Shown one piece after another: positions 26,701 to 41,700 of a DNA stretch of 64,000 bases. The translations under genes were made by a program, and so were the position numbers. Origin of the DNA: Tubiluchus corallicola (Eukaryota; Animalia; Priapulida); assembly GCA_030141605.1 (NCBI GenBank), contig JAQGDQ010000172.1, forward strand, positions 62,001 to 126,000, read 5' to 3'. Numbering within the stretch: the first letter of the stretch is position 1; the number at the start of each line of letters is the position of its first letter. Under the pieces are notes generated by a model. That model saw only the letters and a list, made by a program, of their open reading frames with translations. It searched no databases and was not told where the DNA came from.

Positions 26701-29700
26701 TTTTCTTAACGTTGGAAGCAAAAACATATAATGATTGTGCTGTTTTATATTACTAGTGCTTTTTAAGAACAGAATAATGCAATATGTCTGTTTTAATGCT
26801 TCATATTAGGAAAAAAGTTGTTGATAAAGTAGAAAATGCCTTTGAGCAAAGTAAAAAAATTGGTGTTAAATTGAAATGTGCATCGTTAAGTAAGGAAAAG
26901 GTGACAAATGTTTAGCGCTTGCTAAATGGGGAGTCGTTAAGCGAGGACTTACTGTACCTATATGGTTCATTCTTTATTTTTTATTTTTTGGTTTAGTTAT
27001 TTTTTTTTAGTTTAACTTGTTTTAATTTTCATGCATGCATGTTCTCCTAATTAGTTTATTGTACATTATTTTAAAATGTAATCTTAATTTTATTTCCTAC
27101 GTACTTTTTATGTGTGATATAAACTGATGATTAATTGATTGGTGTCATTTTACTGACTTTTGCTTTGATTTATAGCAGCCAATGCACTGGACATTTTGGT
27201 TGAGCCCGACTCGCAAATCCTTGCTGTAGGAATTTCTTTGCGAAATCTTGGAAAGCAGTACAAGCATGGCAGTACACCAGCCGTTGATTCCGTGAATTTG
27301 AACTTTTACGAAGGGCATGTGACGGCTTTTCTTGGTCACAACGGAGCCGGCAAAACTACAGCAATGTTTGTATTTTTGCTTTTACTTATAGCATTTATAT
27401 ACAGCAGTACTGTTTTTTAAAAATAAGAGTAATGCCATATTATTTCTTGGTTCTCTAAATTATTATTATTTCTCTTAATCAACTGACTTTTGAATAGTCG
27501 ATAATTTGATGAAGTGAGTTTTAACTATTATCCAGTGATTATCAGTTATTTCTATTATACTCTATGCTTTCTTTTTTGTTATTTTATGCAAGTTCTTTCT
27601 GATATGCATGCTGCTTGTCAGGGTTAAAAATAAATAGGCCTAATCAATAAATTTATCTAACATTTGTATTGTTTGCTAGGTTTTGAATTAAAAAGTTTTT
27701 TTACAGTGTTTGTCTGTAAAACACTGTTTTTTTGCAGTGTTTGTCAATTTTATCTTAACGTGATTTTTTCTGTTAGTGAGCTAAATACCTGCGTTCTTGT
27801 TTGTTTCTTATCACATTTTCGTTTTTCAGTAACATGTTAACAGGAATGTTCCCTCCTACGACTGGTGCAGCATTTATCTATGGTAAAGACATAGGTTCAC
27901 AATTCAACGAGATCCGCGGACAACTAGGATTATGTCCACAGCACAATATCTTATTCGACGGGTAAATTTCATTTGTTTTTGTGTCTCCAACAATCTAAAA
28001 ATCTTTATTGACACACTAGAAGTTTGGGGTGCACGTGGTTAGTATATATGCTTAGAAAAACAACTCATTAGTGTGTGATGGTATTAGAGGTTATGATTAG
28101 AGGTGAAACAGAGAAATCAAACATGGTGTAGGTGCAGGCTAAAAACATAGTTAGATTTACAGACAGGTTAGGTGGGGTGGCACCCAGGTAGAAACAGCTG
28201 AGGGTGCTAGAGCTCTGAAGTGGTCTCTAGAAGTGATTTCTCTGATGTCTAGTGGAAGTTTGTTCCACAAGCATATTGCTCTGGGGTAGGAGTATAAGTA
28301 AATGTTGACTCTTGCTGCTGGTTGAAAAAATTTGCTGTTCTCCTTGACTGATGGGGTATTATAAGCTGGTAAATTGATGCCTATCCTGTGATGCAATATA
28401 TCATGAACGATGTTTATCGTTTGTTGGCATCTGATTGCTAGTGTTTCCCAGCTGAGTTCAGAGATCATCTTAGGTACTTCAGCAATTCTGCAATATTCAT
28501 CTAGTACAAATCGTGCTTTGTCGGGTGTACAAAACTGTTAATGCCACATTAATATTGTTAGAGCTGTCAATGCAGTGAATGTTAGCTGTGTTTGACAGTA
28601 ACTCTGGATAATCAGGTACTAATTTGCCTATTTTGTTGTTTTTTGTAAAAAGGTTGACAGTACAAGAGCACCTGGAGTATTTTGGAAAGTTGAAGGGAAC
28701 CATGTCTAAAAAGAAGTTAAAGGAAGACATAAAGCAGTATGTACTTATTTCTTCAACTGTTGATTTAACAAGGGCGGACCCAGGATTTTTGAAAAGGAGT
28801 AGTCCAAATGTGACCGAGCAGATTTGGAGCCTGGGAAGTAGGGGGTCTGGTAGAAACTTATTTTCCCGCATTTTAGGCGCTTTTGGAGCCTTCTGAAGCA
28901 TACTTGCTGTTTCAACTTTAGAAGTGAGTTTGTAGATATAAGAACAGTAACTGTGTAAGAAACACGTATAAATGATATAAAAGTTCTTGCACACCAATGC
29001 ATTTTTATTGCCTTATTATTGTTTTCTTGCTATCTCTGCACTATCATGTCATTAGCTTTTTTGTTAGAGGTCATATCAAGTTAATTTTACTAGTCCACAA
29101 GTTCTAAACACCTTGTTGATTACCAAAATTACAATGACTGCTTATAATATTATTTGGGGAATAAAAAATCCAAGTGTTTTTAAATAAACATATTATTTCC
29201 GTATATTGTTATAGTCTTGTTATTTTATCTGTTATTTAAAATAAGTAATAATCTTTACACCTAATTACTGGCATTAACAATTTAATACTTTGATCAACGT
29301 TCAAGACACCAGTTCGTTAAGAACCATAACTACAAGCACAGCTGGACCTTTAGCGTGAATTTTGCACATACCTGGAATACATTTGTGTAAGTTATTATAT
29401 AGAACTAAAGCGGGATTGTTTAATGCCGCCTATTAACAGTCTATCACAGGCTCTAGCAAAATGATTAATACAGTGCAGCAAACATCTAGGTAGATCAGGA
29501 ACCCTAATTATAGCAGGAAATGTGCACACTGATGATAGTTACAAAGCCGTATATGGGTAGGATCACAAATAATTTCTTTACAGCACTCTGCTCCACCTCC
29601 GCTGTTGCTCTGCTGTATTTTTGTATGTTATGTATACTACAGTTATGTAGAGAGTAATATTGCTAGAGTCTAGACAATGCCAGTGGCCGACCATGTACAC

Positions 29701-32700
29701 AGGCTTCCTGACTTTGCGAAACTATAATCCAGGGTTGCAGTATTAAGTTAAATTTGTCATCTTTATGCGGCAAACTGGACACCTGTTATACAATTTTACT
29801 ATGTCAAAAGGAAGGGGTCAGGTCCCCTGGCTCCCTCTGAATCCACTTCTGCATTACCTTTGGATGGGAAGTACACATTTTCTTTCTTTGTTGGCAGGTT
29901 ATTTTTGTTCTAAAAAGTAATAGAAATCAGAAATCTGTCATTGGCAGAGCTGAAAATTTAACTCATTACAGTCAAAAGCTTCCATCCATTTGCAAATCTG
30001 TTAGTCTCTGTCAGCTCTTTAAGTTCCTTATGGCCTAAGAATGGTCAAGGATCCATATGAACAAAAATGTTTTTTTCTGTTCTTGAGTAGCAAATAACAC
30101 ATATTCATGGTTCTTTTATTTTGATAAGTACAAATTGTTTTTATTTAGCATGCTCGAAACGATGGATCTCTTTGATTTGCGTCGGGAAAGGGTGGAGAAT
30201 CTTTCTGGTGGAATGAGGCGACGTGTGAGTGTGGCCATTGCCTTTGTGGCTGGATCTCGCACTGTCATTCTTGATGAACCAACTAGTGGTGTTGACCCTG
30301 TAGCAAGACGGCACATTTGGGATCTGATTGGGGCTTACAAAGACGGTACTTGACTTATAAACTTTTTGTTAATCATCGCGTCAGTGGGTGTCTGTTCGAC
30401 TTACTTGGTAGTCTATACTGCTTGGTTACGATGAAACCTTGATAGTATACGGTTACTCATTGCGGCTTTTCGCAATAATTTTGCAACCAAGTTTGTTTTA
30501 CAAAAGAAATGATTATTTTATTTTTTTATGAACAACCTATTCCTTGTTAGTCACATTTTTGTAGCGTGACTGTTTCTCGTAATTAGTGCTGGAAAAGCTA
30601 CTTTGTAATTATTTGGTATGATAATCATGTTAAAACACGTTAAAATAGCTCACTGATGTAGTTATTGCACTGCTCTAGAAAAAACATGTATTTGGTTTAA
30701 TGTAGAAACAACAACTGCATGGACTTTATTTCCTGCAGCAATGTAAGAGACTAGACAAGTTCAACTGATATTTCATTTTATACATATATATCTTAGGTCG
30801 AACTATTTTATTGTCCACACATCATCTGGATGAAGCTGATATAATGAGTGACCGCGTTGCTATAATTCATAAAGTAAGTAAAATATGATATGCCTATTAT
30901 AAAATATTTGGTAACAAAGTTGCTAAAAGATCAATAAAATTGCTTTATTAAATGCAGATTTTATGTGAGAAGTGTGAAAAATTATTCTAATTTTCACGTG
31001 AGCTGGTGTAAGTCAATTCTATTTAGTATAAATTTATATTTATTTTTACAAACAACTTAATTGTCATTCAAATTGTCTGTGTCTGAATAACATTAAAAAT
31101 ATTTATTTCTAGGGGCATTTGCTAGCCAGTGGCTCTCCACTGTTCTTGAAGAATAATCTCGGCAGTGGTTACCAGTTGACTGCTACTAAAGCATTGCAAG
31201 CTAGCAGTGATGACATTGTCCGAGATGCTGCCAGCGATCATAGTTTTGCCAGAGGAAGTAATTGTTAATTTTTTGTGTTTTTTTGGTTTGTAAGATTTTT
31301 TTGTAACTGTTTCTTTTTTTAGTGTTTCTTTAGTTTTTTTATGCATTGAAATAAGTGTAAAATTAAAATTGAAACATATAAATACATTGGGCTGATTAAT
31401 AATCTAATTAGCTTAATTATTTCATGCATTAGTAAATTTCATACAACATTCAGAGATTGTTCTTCTCCATTTCCTATGTTGTTTTATAAAATTTAGTAAA
31501 GCACTATTCAGTTATTGGTAAGCTAGTGTTGCATAATGCTAGCAGTATGTTATAGTAGTTGAATAATTTTTTCTTTGCTAGCAAATTGTGATCCTAAGGA
31601 AGTTCTTGGCTTTGTAAGAAAATTTGTACCCAGTGCTGAGCTGGTAGAGGACATTGGAAGAGAGTTGTTGTTTGTACTGCCAACAGAGGATTCTCACATT
31701 AACCAGTTCCAACCATTGTTTACTGAACTGGAATCAAACAAGGAAAGATTGGGCATACGTAGCTATGGTGTATCTGGAACAACTTTAGAAGAGGTATACA
31801 CTTCATTTGGTAATGTCTTCCATTTCATGTAAGTGGTCCTCACAAAAAAATTAGGAAAATCATGAAAATATTTGAGAAATTAATTATAGTTGCTATGAAT
31901 TATTTGGCATGAAAAACGTATTGCCTTTTGTATTCTCAATGATTATATATTATTTCAGAAACTTTCACCCCAGCAACCATCATCAGCTGAAATGTTACAG
32001 ATAAAATGTTAAAACAGTATTTGCAGTGTAAAACAAGAACATTAAAAGCAAAAATAGGAAGTAAACATCATTGATTTGAAATATGTTAGAGAAAGAGTAA
32101 AATCGATTGCATAAGAAGAAAAACTCAGAACTATACAGCATTTTTACTGTTTCTCTAACTTATTATGTTTCAAATGGGTGATGTTTAGCTCCTATTTTGG
32201 CTTTTAATGTTATTGTTTTACACTGGTACATACTGTTTTAACATTTTATCTATAATTTTCATCTACCGATGTTCGCTATAGTGAATGCTTCTAAAATAAA
32301 TCTATAATCATTGAGAGTATAAAGGGTATTATGTTTTCTATGTTAAAGATGACGAATCTCAGGAAAACTCTCATTATTTAGCATGCTTTAAATATGCCAT
32401 TGGAAATTCAATTACGTATTTTTGTTTTCTCTTATTCTGACTTGTGGTTTCCGTAAAGTGAGGTAATTGCACGTAGTTTACCTAAGTTCCATTTTTGCAG
32501 CTTAAAATTTTTAATAATTATTTTTATATTGAGTTCCAGGTACTGAGCAGATTCCTTGCGATTTAGAGAGATTATAAAATTTCAGATTTGAAGTCTCGAG
32601 TTAAATTAAATTTCTGGCAAAACTGGCTAGTGCACTGTTACATTAAATACTTTTTGGAGTTAAAATTTAGGAAAGTTGAGATTTTTCTGATTGTTAAATT

Positions 32701-35700
32701 TTATACAAATTGAATCATTTTATTATTTTTAAATTTCATTATAGATTGCGCCTGTGCATGGCGACGAGGTTTTACCTCATTCACTTAACTTTAAAACCAC
32801 AAGGAGTTTAAATTCTTTCTATCCTGTTGCAGTTTCGCACTATATCAACAGTGAATTTCAGTAAATTTGCAATATTCTCTACATCACTGTATATAGCTGA
32901 TTAGCACTTATGTAACAACTGACTGAATTTTTTTGTGTTAACTTTTTTTTGTAGTACGTAAAACCATACAAATTTCATTGTATTATAATATAATGACAAT
33001 TTTGTTCTTAGCATTTATGCTGCATTGTGTCTAAAATAAATCTAAATCTAAGTCTCAACCATAAGAACATTTCAATTTCACCCAATTCTTCTTATGTTTA
33101 GGTGTTTTTGGCCTTGTGTTTGCAAGGTGATGAAGGATTGGACATGGTTGGCAGCAGGAATAACTGGCAGATGTTGAGGCGCATACGGAGTAGCCATGAA
33201 CACTTTCAGCCACGTTCAGAAACTCAATCGTCTCCCGATGCGAAACTGTCCACAGGCTGTGGATTCAAGTTTGCCCAGTTTATTGCCTTGTTTATGAAGC
33301 GTCTGCATCACACTCGTAGAAACTGGAAAACCTTTCTGACTCTACTGATCCTGCCGTGTATCTTCATTGCAGTTGCCATGGCTTTTACGTACGTAAGAAC
33401 GGCTATTGATGACCAGCCTCCTCTAGTGTTGACACCTGCAATATATGGTCCACACAACAATATGTTTGTGACTCATGATCCAGGTGTGCGGTCAGAGTTT
33501 CAAGACTCCTACATAAATTCGCTGCTACGTTCACCTGGTATTGGAACTGTCTGTATGGACAACTTTCCATATGCGTAAGTTCTGTCGTTATTACATAACA
33601 TTATTTTCTTTATTTGCAAATTGCGAGTGTAAAAATTTATTTCATGTGTTCATGTTAAAACTCTGGCAGGCGTTCGATTTATGCCTAGTAATCGACTTGT
33701 GACGTCTATTGCTGTCGAGACAAAGACCGCAAGTCGGTTGCTAGGCATAAATCAAGCATCCTATCTCTATTTGTAGAGACAACACTTGGCTTAGGTCAAT
33801 ATTCCAAACTTTTTTACAACTTAATTGACACTTGTGACAAAACTGAATGCAGTGCATCTGGTAATTGTGACCATTAACTAGGCTTTGCATATTTCCAGTT
33901 AAAGTTCATTGCGGGAGTGTTTCTCTTCCTTCTATATTATGGTGGACACTGAATCAATGAAATATTATAACTTTGTGTATTTCAGAGATACCTACAAATG
34001 TGAACATATGGAAGATGGCTTCAATATAGATTACGTAACAGAAGAAGAAAAACAAAAGCATATGAAGATGAAAGAATGCAATTGCGACACTGGTGCACAG
34101 GTAAAACACAATTCTTTATAATCACCTTGTTTCAGTCCATTGACTAATGATATACGAACAGTTTTTGCTGTGTCTGTTATGCTTGCATCTGTTCCTTGGA
34201 TTGACATTTTTTATTTACAGTCATGCACAGAAGGTGGCGTTGGCTTTGTTCCACCTCGATGGATCACCAATACCACAGATATTGTTTACGACTTGCGTGA
34301 AATGCCAACATCGACAGAAGATTATCTGATTAAGACTCATCAGGAATTCATTGAGAAAAGGTATGCTTGTTACTTTTAATAATTTTATGACTTTTTTGCA
34401 TATTTGGCTTCAATATTTATGAAATTCTACAATTTAAGCTAACACAAGCACAAAAGCTTTTATTTACTCTTATTTATAACAGTTAAATAAATTTGCTCAT
34501 CATCACTGCAACAGTATAGAGCTAAACTTTTTGCATTTTACAGTCCTTATGTAAGACAGCAGTATTTTATAACATTAAGATCGCTGCCTTTTTCTCGCAA
34601 GGCAATGCATTTCCTGTCATGGCTGTAGCATGTTTCATAAAACTGAGGTCCAAAATAAATAATAATAAGATATGATACATGTGATACATTGTAAGTATGA
34701 AGGAGATTAAACTGGAAATTCTTGTTCTTCAGTCACTGTTACAATCTTATAATAATAATAATCTTTATTTAAAGTCGGCTTTTGGATGAACAATTAACAT
34801 AAGCTCAAAGAGCTTTTTGTCGACTGTAAATAACAAATCCACAACAATATAATGGAGATGATAATTACCCCGCTTTTATCCTAAATAGCATGCCACAGGC
34901 AGGGCAATAGCAGGTACCATTTTTAAAGTCCATGGTGTGACCTTGCCGCAGTATTGAACTCGGACGAAAAGCGTAGGTATTACCACTAAACTAAAACGTT
35001 TGATCAATCTGGAGAAAATTACGCTGTGGTAAAAATATGTACTGCTGAAGCTTTCCTCTGGAACCAAAGTTAATTTTCATTTCTTGTGCATCAAATTTGG
35101 TTGACAGTTGGAAGTGTGTTTACAAATTTAATTGATTTGCTCAAATACAAGTTAATTGATAAACTACAGTAGAAAGTCCTAGGATACATAGTACAAATTT
35201 TGAAATCTTTGAAAAGTAATGTTTAGAAAAAGGACAAGAGAGAAATGTACATTGCAGGTTATTTTTGTATCTCGTTCTCAGATATGGAGGTTGGAGTTTT
35301 GGACATCCCGAAGAAGAGACACCAAGTGAGCAGTCTTTACGGGCTACTGTGTGGTATAATAATGTTGGCCCTCATTCAATGCCCTCATACTACAACAGCT
35401 TGAGTAATGCAATACTGAGGCATAGGATAATTCAGAGCAGCAACTCATCGAATAGCAAACCTGGTGAATTTGGTAAGTTTCCTAGATTAATTTCCATTTT
35501 GTTGACACATTAGCTTGTTGTGAGAACCAAAAGAAAACAGACTTTTGGCATGAGTTATATTTAAAAAGCATACTGATCTGAGACATCCAGTGTGGTTTTA
35601 CCATTTCAACCTTTCTAGTAGATTTTTTGGAATTCAACGTGAAAGAAAATACTAATGGCTAAATGTATTCACATGTGCACTAAATTCTTTTCTATCTGAA

Positions 35701-38700
35701 ACAATCTGCAACTACTGCAGGAATACTGACAGTTGAGATGTCAGGAAGTTAAACTTGTTTAACTTTTGCAATCTTTCCCGATTTTGTGTGATTCTTATAA
35801 CTGTGGCGACATTATCACGTAGAAGGTGTTTCAGTTAATTGATTGCATCTGGGCACAAACTTGTAGTCAAGCAAAAAAAAAATTGTATGGAAACTAGCCT
35901 TAGAGAAGTTCTGATTTTACCTTGCAGATTTGCTATTGATAGTTTATGCTATTTAGTTCATAAAACTTATGAAAAGGAATAAAAAATCCCATAAGTAAAA
36001 TTTGTATTTTTTGCTGCCTTTCCACAGTTTCTGGCTTTTCTTTTTTCTTTGTTTTATAATTGTGGGATTTTTTGTTCTATCTTATGAAAAATACTATAGA
36101 TTAATGTAACAGCAATTTCCTTGCCATTTGTACGCTTGAATCTATGTCAATTTTTATTTAAAATTTCCATCAAAATCTGTTTACTGCAGTACAGTTTTCA
36201 GAAAGTAATAGTGATTCGCTGTTTTTGAACTATGTTACGTAACACAACTTTTTTACTGAAACACATATGCAATTATTCTTATTATTATAATCCTTTATTT
36301 AAAAACAAATATACACAAGCAGGTGTCGCTGTATTTGCAGGTGCATATAAGAAAATAGTCTAGACTAAGAAATTAGAAAGTACTGTATTGTTCCTGTTAG
36401 TTTTTATTCACAATGATATGTTTCAATTTCACGATCTATTCACTCGTTTATTTTTCAAGTTTTTTTTGCTGTCTCTGTTACCACTTACACAATATATTTC
36501 TTAAAATGTTGCAGGTATAACAACTGTCAATCATCCATTTAAGCTGCACAGCGAGCAATTAAGTAAACAGACACTGTAAGTTACCTTTTGTCTAAAGCTG
36601 CAGTTTTACTCAATTGTTTCATTTTCAGCTTGTAAAACTAAAACTCGTGAAATTATATATTTTGTATTTAAAAGTGTATTTAAAAGGCATTGTTTTTAGA
36701 ATTGAACGTTTTGCTAATCATTAAATTGCCTTTCATTTTATTTTCATTTTATTTACAATTTCTCATAAATTTCGATGTATGTTTCCTTTTATCAGTAATC
36801 TGTTATCTGAAAGAGTGGTATTTTCGTAGGAATATGTTTCATATATTTTGGAAATAAGCAAAAGAAAATGTTTATGTTATATACATCTGTTAAAATAATA
36901 ACTGAACAAAATTGCTTAAAAGAACTAGAAAAAGAATTATCCATACTTACAGTGTTCTACACCTTTATTTTCAGGTTGCAGCGCATTTCAGATGTGGGCA
37001 TTGCTCTGTGCATCCTCTGTGCGTTCTCCTTCATTCCCGCTACCTTCATCATTTTCATTATCGAGGAACGCATCAACGAAGAACGTCGTTTGCAGATTGT
37101 ACACGGAGTGGGTCCTCTCTTATATTGGTCCACCACGTTTCTCTACGATATGATCTGTTACATAGTCGCCGTTGCAGTTACCTTGGTATTGATGCTGATC
37201 TTTAATTTACCGGAGTACACAGATCGGTTGAATTTGGGAGCTGTTGTTGTTCTGCTCTTGTTGTTTGGGTATGTAACCGTGGCAGCATGTTTGCAGTCAG
37301 AAGAATTGCAAATCCATTAAGACAGTCCACATCATTTGCACTATACACTCTGATTAATATTTTATTTATTTATTTTATTTTATATGCAGTACGAATAAAT
37401 GGTAAAAATAAATATAAATAAATAAATTCTTCATTTCAGCTCGTTGACATAGTCCTAAACCATAAAAATACAACGATTACTAAAAAAAGACAACTAATGA
37501 TAAAAACATAAACTTACTATTTACAGGAAAATAATAAGACATTTAAAATTACATTCCAATTAGCAAAAATTGTGGAGCATATAAAAACATTGCTATTGTA
37601 AATTACTTGTTTTAAGAAACCATCACAAGAGTTTGAAACATGACTTCCAAAATTATATGTACGTTTTCAATATTAGGAGGAGTCTGACCAGGATTTGGGT
37701 TTTGTATGCTCTCCTCTACATTCAGACTTGACTAGGTAAAAACAGATGTATAGCATCGCGTGAATAACAATAGTATGAAAGCCAAACATCTCCTAAGACA
37801 TGCCACGTGAGCAGGAGTTCTAAATAGTCAGCCCTACAATTTCACTTGTGTTATTAAAAGCTGTATATAATTACTACAGAAAATTCAAACTAAAGTGAAC
37901 TCAGTTTAACAAATTTCTGACAAGGAAATCCTGCTTAAGAAAAATCCATCTGAACACACACAACTCAATTATCACTGATAGTGTCTTCTATCCATCATTT
38001 TAGCTGTATATAAAAGGAAGTGTGGTTGTTTTAAAAAATTTTAATACGTTTTAGATAAAAATCATTAAACTATGGTTAAAAAATTACAAGTACTAACTAT
38101 GCATGTTTTGGTATTGCAGTAGTAAATGTGTCTTTTTGGCAAATACACACACTGATAAGTTGGCCTTTGGCAATTTTGTTACAGATGGGCTACCATACCA
38201 ATGGTGTACATGTTGGAAAAGATGTTTCGTGAACCAAGTTCTGCATATCTACTCATATTCGCCACAAGCATGTTTTTAGGCATCAACACAATGTTTCTGC
38301 TGATTTTCCTAAGTGTTTTCAATTATATTGATGTAAGTTCCCTAAACAAATGCCAGCAATTATTTGTGGCAAGTAATACAAAATTTTAATCATCTATCAA
38401 CTTTTGTTTCTTAGCCTAAAAATATTTAACTATCGAACTCATATAAGCTAAAACTTGGGATGTGTGCATGCGTGCATGTGTAGGAAAACTGTTTACTATG
38501 TACTTTTAATTGATATGCACTTTTGCAAAATCATTGCATGAATGAATGTTTGTTGTCTTAATTTGAGAGGCTAGGATTAAAGTGAGTACAAAACTTGTCT
38601 ATTCTTTTAACATGTTTTCTGTTCTCATTTCAGGCATTAGCCAATGCTTATACCACCCTGCAGTGTGTATTTTTGGTGTTTCCGCAATACGCTTTGGCAG

Positions 38701-41700
38701 GAGGCCTGCTAAAACTTATCCAAAATCAAATACAAACGGAGATTTTTGCGAGGTATGATAAATTGCCAGGAGTAATATATTATTGTTAATTGGAATCTTG
38801 ATATTCCTCTTTTTGCACTCCCTGTCAGAAACTACTTATTGTCTTGATGATCATGCCAGTACCAGAATTTACCTGGATTGTTAAGGAGAATGTTCTAGCT
38901 GAGATATTGAGCTGGCAGAGATAGTTTGGTAGTACCTAGATGCATGCATGTCTTTCCTCAATTGCTGAGATGAATTGACATAGGTCTTTGTTGAAATTAT
39001 CGACATTATCAATATGGCAAATAAGACTTTGAGGAAACGGCAGATAAAACCACAAAAAATAATTTTCTTGGCAGTAACTCTTTCATTTATGCCAGTGGTT
39101 ACTAACCCTTGTCGACTGGTAACTCAATGGGCCTTTTGAAGAAAATGTCAAGGCTAAAGACAGGTACCGTTGTGTGGCTGTAGGCAAATACATGTTGTTT
39201 CTGGTATTTTTACGTATGTGAAATAAAGAACGGGGATGAAAATTTTCCTGAAATGAAGTTTTCGTTGGAATGATTATTGTTTTTTATATCGTGTCTACTT
39301 TTTGACAGAGCCTGCTTCTGATTCACAAAAAAGAATAAAAAGTAAAAAAGCAGATTCTTTTATCAGGCTGCATGGCCTGCCCCGAATGTGCCTTTGCCCA
39401 CTAGTGGGTACTGCTGATTTAGGCTCAGCATTGAGCTCCTGAGCATTGTTAACTTCTGTTGATGTGTGAACACTGTTACCACTCGGCCATTCATTCATCC
39501 TTTTGCTTTGCAACCTCTTATTTGAATCTGTGAATCTGGTATGTAAGCAAATAATTGTAGTCTCCATACCTATACTTTGCATATAAGTTTTATCATCTTT
39601 AAATTCTTGTTACACGCAGAATACAAAAACCGCTCCATGTTTAACTAAATTATAAATGTTCTGCATATATTTTCTCAGATTCGGTTTGGACATTTATCAG
39701 AACCCATTCATAATGGATATGCTTGGTTGGCACTTTATCGCAATGGCAATCGAAGGTTTTGTTTTCTTTGCCATCACTTTGCTTGTCCACTCTTGCAAAG
39801 TACGGTAAGGATGGAATCTACCTTAACTAGTGATCAATTCCTAGTGTAGGCAAAATCACCTACAAAGGTTTTACAAAGATGAGATTTGCAAAATTGCAAA
39901 ATCTTTTATATGTAGGTCACTTAGATTACTTAAATGAAAAAAGAACAGAATGTGCTCTCTTTGATACCCATCTTTTTTATGTTTTACTGTTAATAATTGA
40001 GTTATCGCCAGCTGAACATAAGGGGAGAAAATGAAATAATCAAGGAGATGATTTGAAATTTTCGTAAAAATTTTGGTAACGCACTTAGTAGCGTATAATT
40101 GAATTTTGAATGACATATTACAGAGTACGAAATGGGAAGTTAAAGAGCTGCAATGAAAAAGAGGATGACGACGTTGCCTTGGAAAGGCGTCGTGTACTGG
40201 ATGGTTATGCCGATAATGATTTGTTAAAGATAACAGACTTGACAAAGATTTATCATGGAGTGCTTGGGAAAAACGTTGCTGTAAATCGACTTTGTTTGGG
40301 AGTTCCAAGAGGAGAGGTGACTTATAACATTAATGTGTTTTCAGTGAAATGTTACGATATTTCAGTAAGATTTTTGTTTTGGATTGAAAGTTTGGAATTA
40401 ATTAGATTTTTGTATTTGTCATATTGTTTGAACAAGCTGGTACTCATTGACCTTGTTTTCGTGGGACCTTAGCTGTTCTGTTATGTCAAAAAGAATACTT
40501 CTGGTGGGTAGTAGAAGATGCTGTAATAGTTTGTAAGTCAGGTGTATCCACCTGATGAACTTTTGTACCATATCTGTTTTGAAATTTTTGAAACTGTACT
40601 TTGAATGAATAAGTTTCATAATTAGAAGATAAAGTTGTATGACGTTGAGAGTACTTTGTTTTTTTTTTGTATTAGATTTTCTTTATTTGATATGTGTAGT
40701 GCTTTGGTTTGCTTGGTGTGAATGGAGCTGGTAAGACTACAACATTCAAGTTGCTGACTGGTGAACTAAAACCCAGTCAAGGAGATGCAGCACTCAATAA
40801 TAAAAGGTTACTAATCTAATCTTATTGCAATCTTATCTAATTAAATGTATAGCGTATATAAAGTTTCTTTCACAGTAGTCATCTCTTAATAAAACACATG
40901 AAGACTGGCAACAAATGATCTCAATAAACTTCTTATTACATGGCTGTCTGTACATGACAAAGCTTTCACTTCATAATGCTTACAGTTATTACAGTGCCTT
41001 GGCTAGGTCTCATGGCTGAGTCGTAGAATTCCTGCACTTAATGAGAGTAGTATGATATACCAGGTGGTTATCATTTTTAAATCTTGTCTCTTTACTTCAT
41101 AGAGATAGTATGAAACTTCTTTGCTGATTCAGTAATTTGTTTTAAGAGGGATGTCCTGACAATGAGTTATGCTGTAGTTACAAACATCTGTAAGTAGGGC
41201 CTTCATTTTGGTGTTTCGCTGGTACAGTGTGTCAAATTTATAAACAAAAGCAGACAGCTACCATTACAGTAGCATTCTAGGCAGCAAGCATTCTAGCAGA
41301 CATCTGTGCCATTAGTTTGTATGTCTGTGATAACAGATTGACTCAGTGTAGAACAAACTGAAATGTTCTGAGTACATTGTAAGATTTGCAGCTGATTCAC
41401 TAAAGTTCTACAGCTAAGCCAGTGTTATAGTGCAAGCTGACAAACATATAGAGCAGTGATGATGAAATAGTTGGTGTGGCTTTGAGTGTCAATTTGAGGC
41501 GAGGGATGAATATTGGGCCTTAATTTTCATTGCTTATTTAAAAATGTTAAAAAACTACCAACACATTAAATTTTATTTATTTTTTCGATTGAACTCTGTC
41601 ACCTCTTGCTAAAAAGTGCAGGCTTACTAAACAGTGATTTTTCAATCATTTTTTTCAACTCTGTTTTGATGCAAGTAATTCTGGCCCAACTCTAGATAGT

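Noticed and set aside
28497-29002. 166-aa and 85-aa minus-strand ORFs
   Set aside because: Antisense to an ABCA exon and a repeat remnant, with no recognisable protein features.
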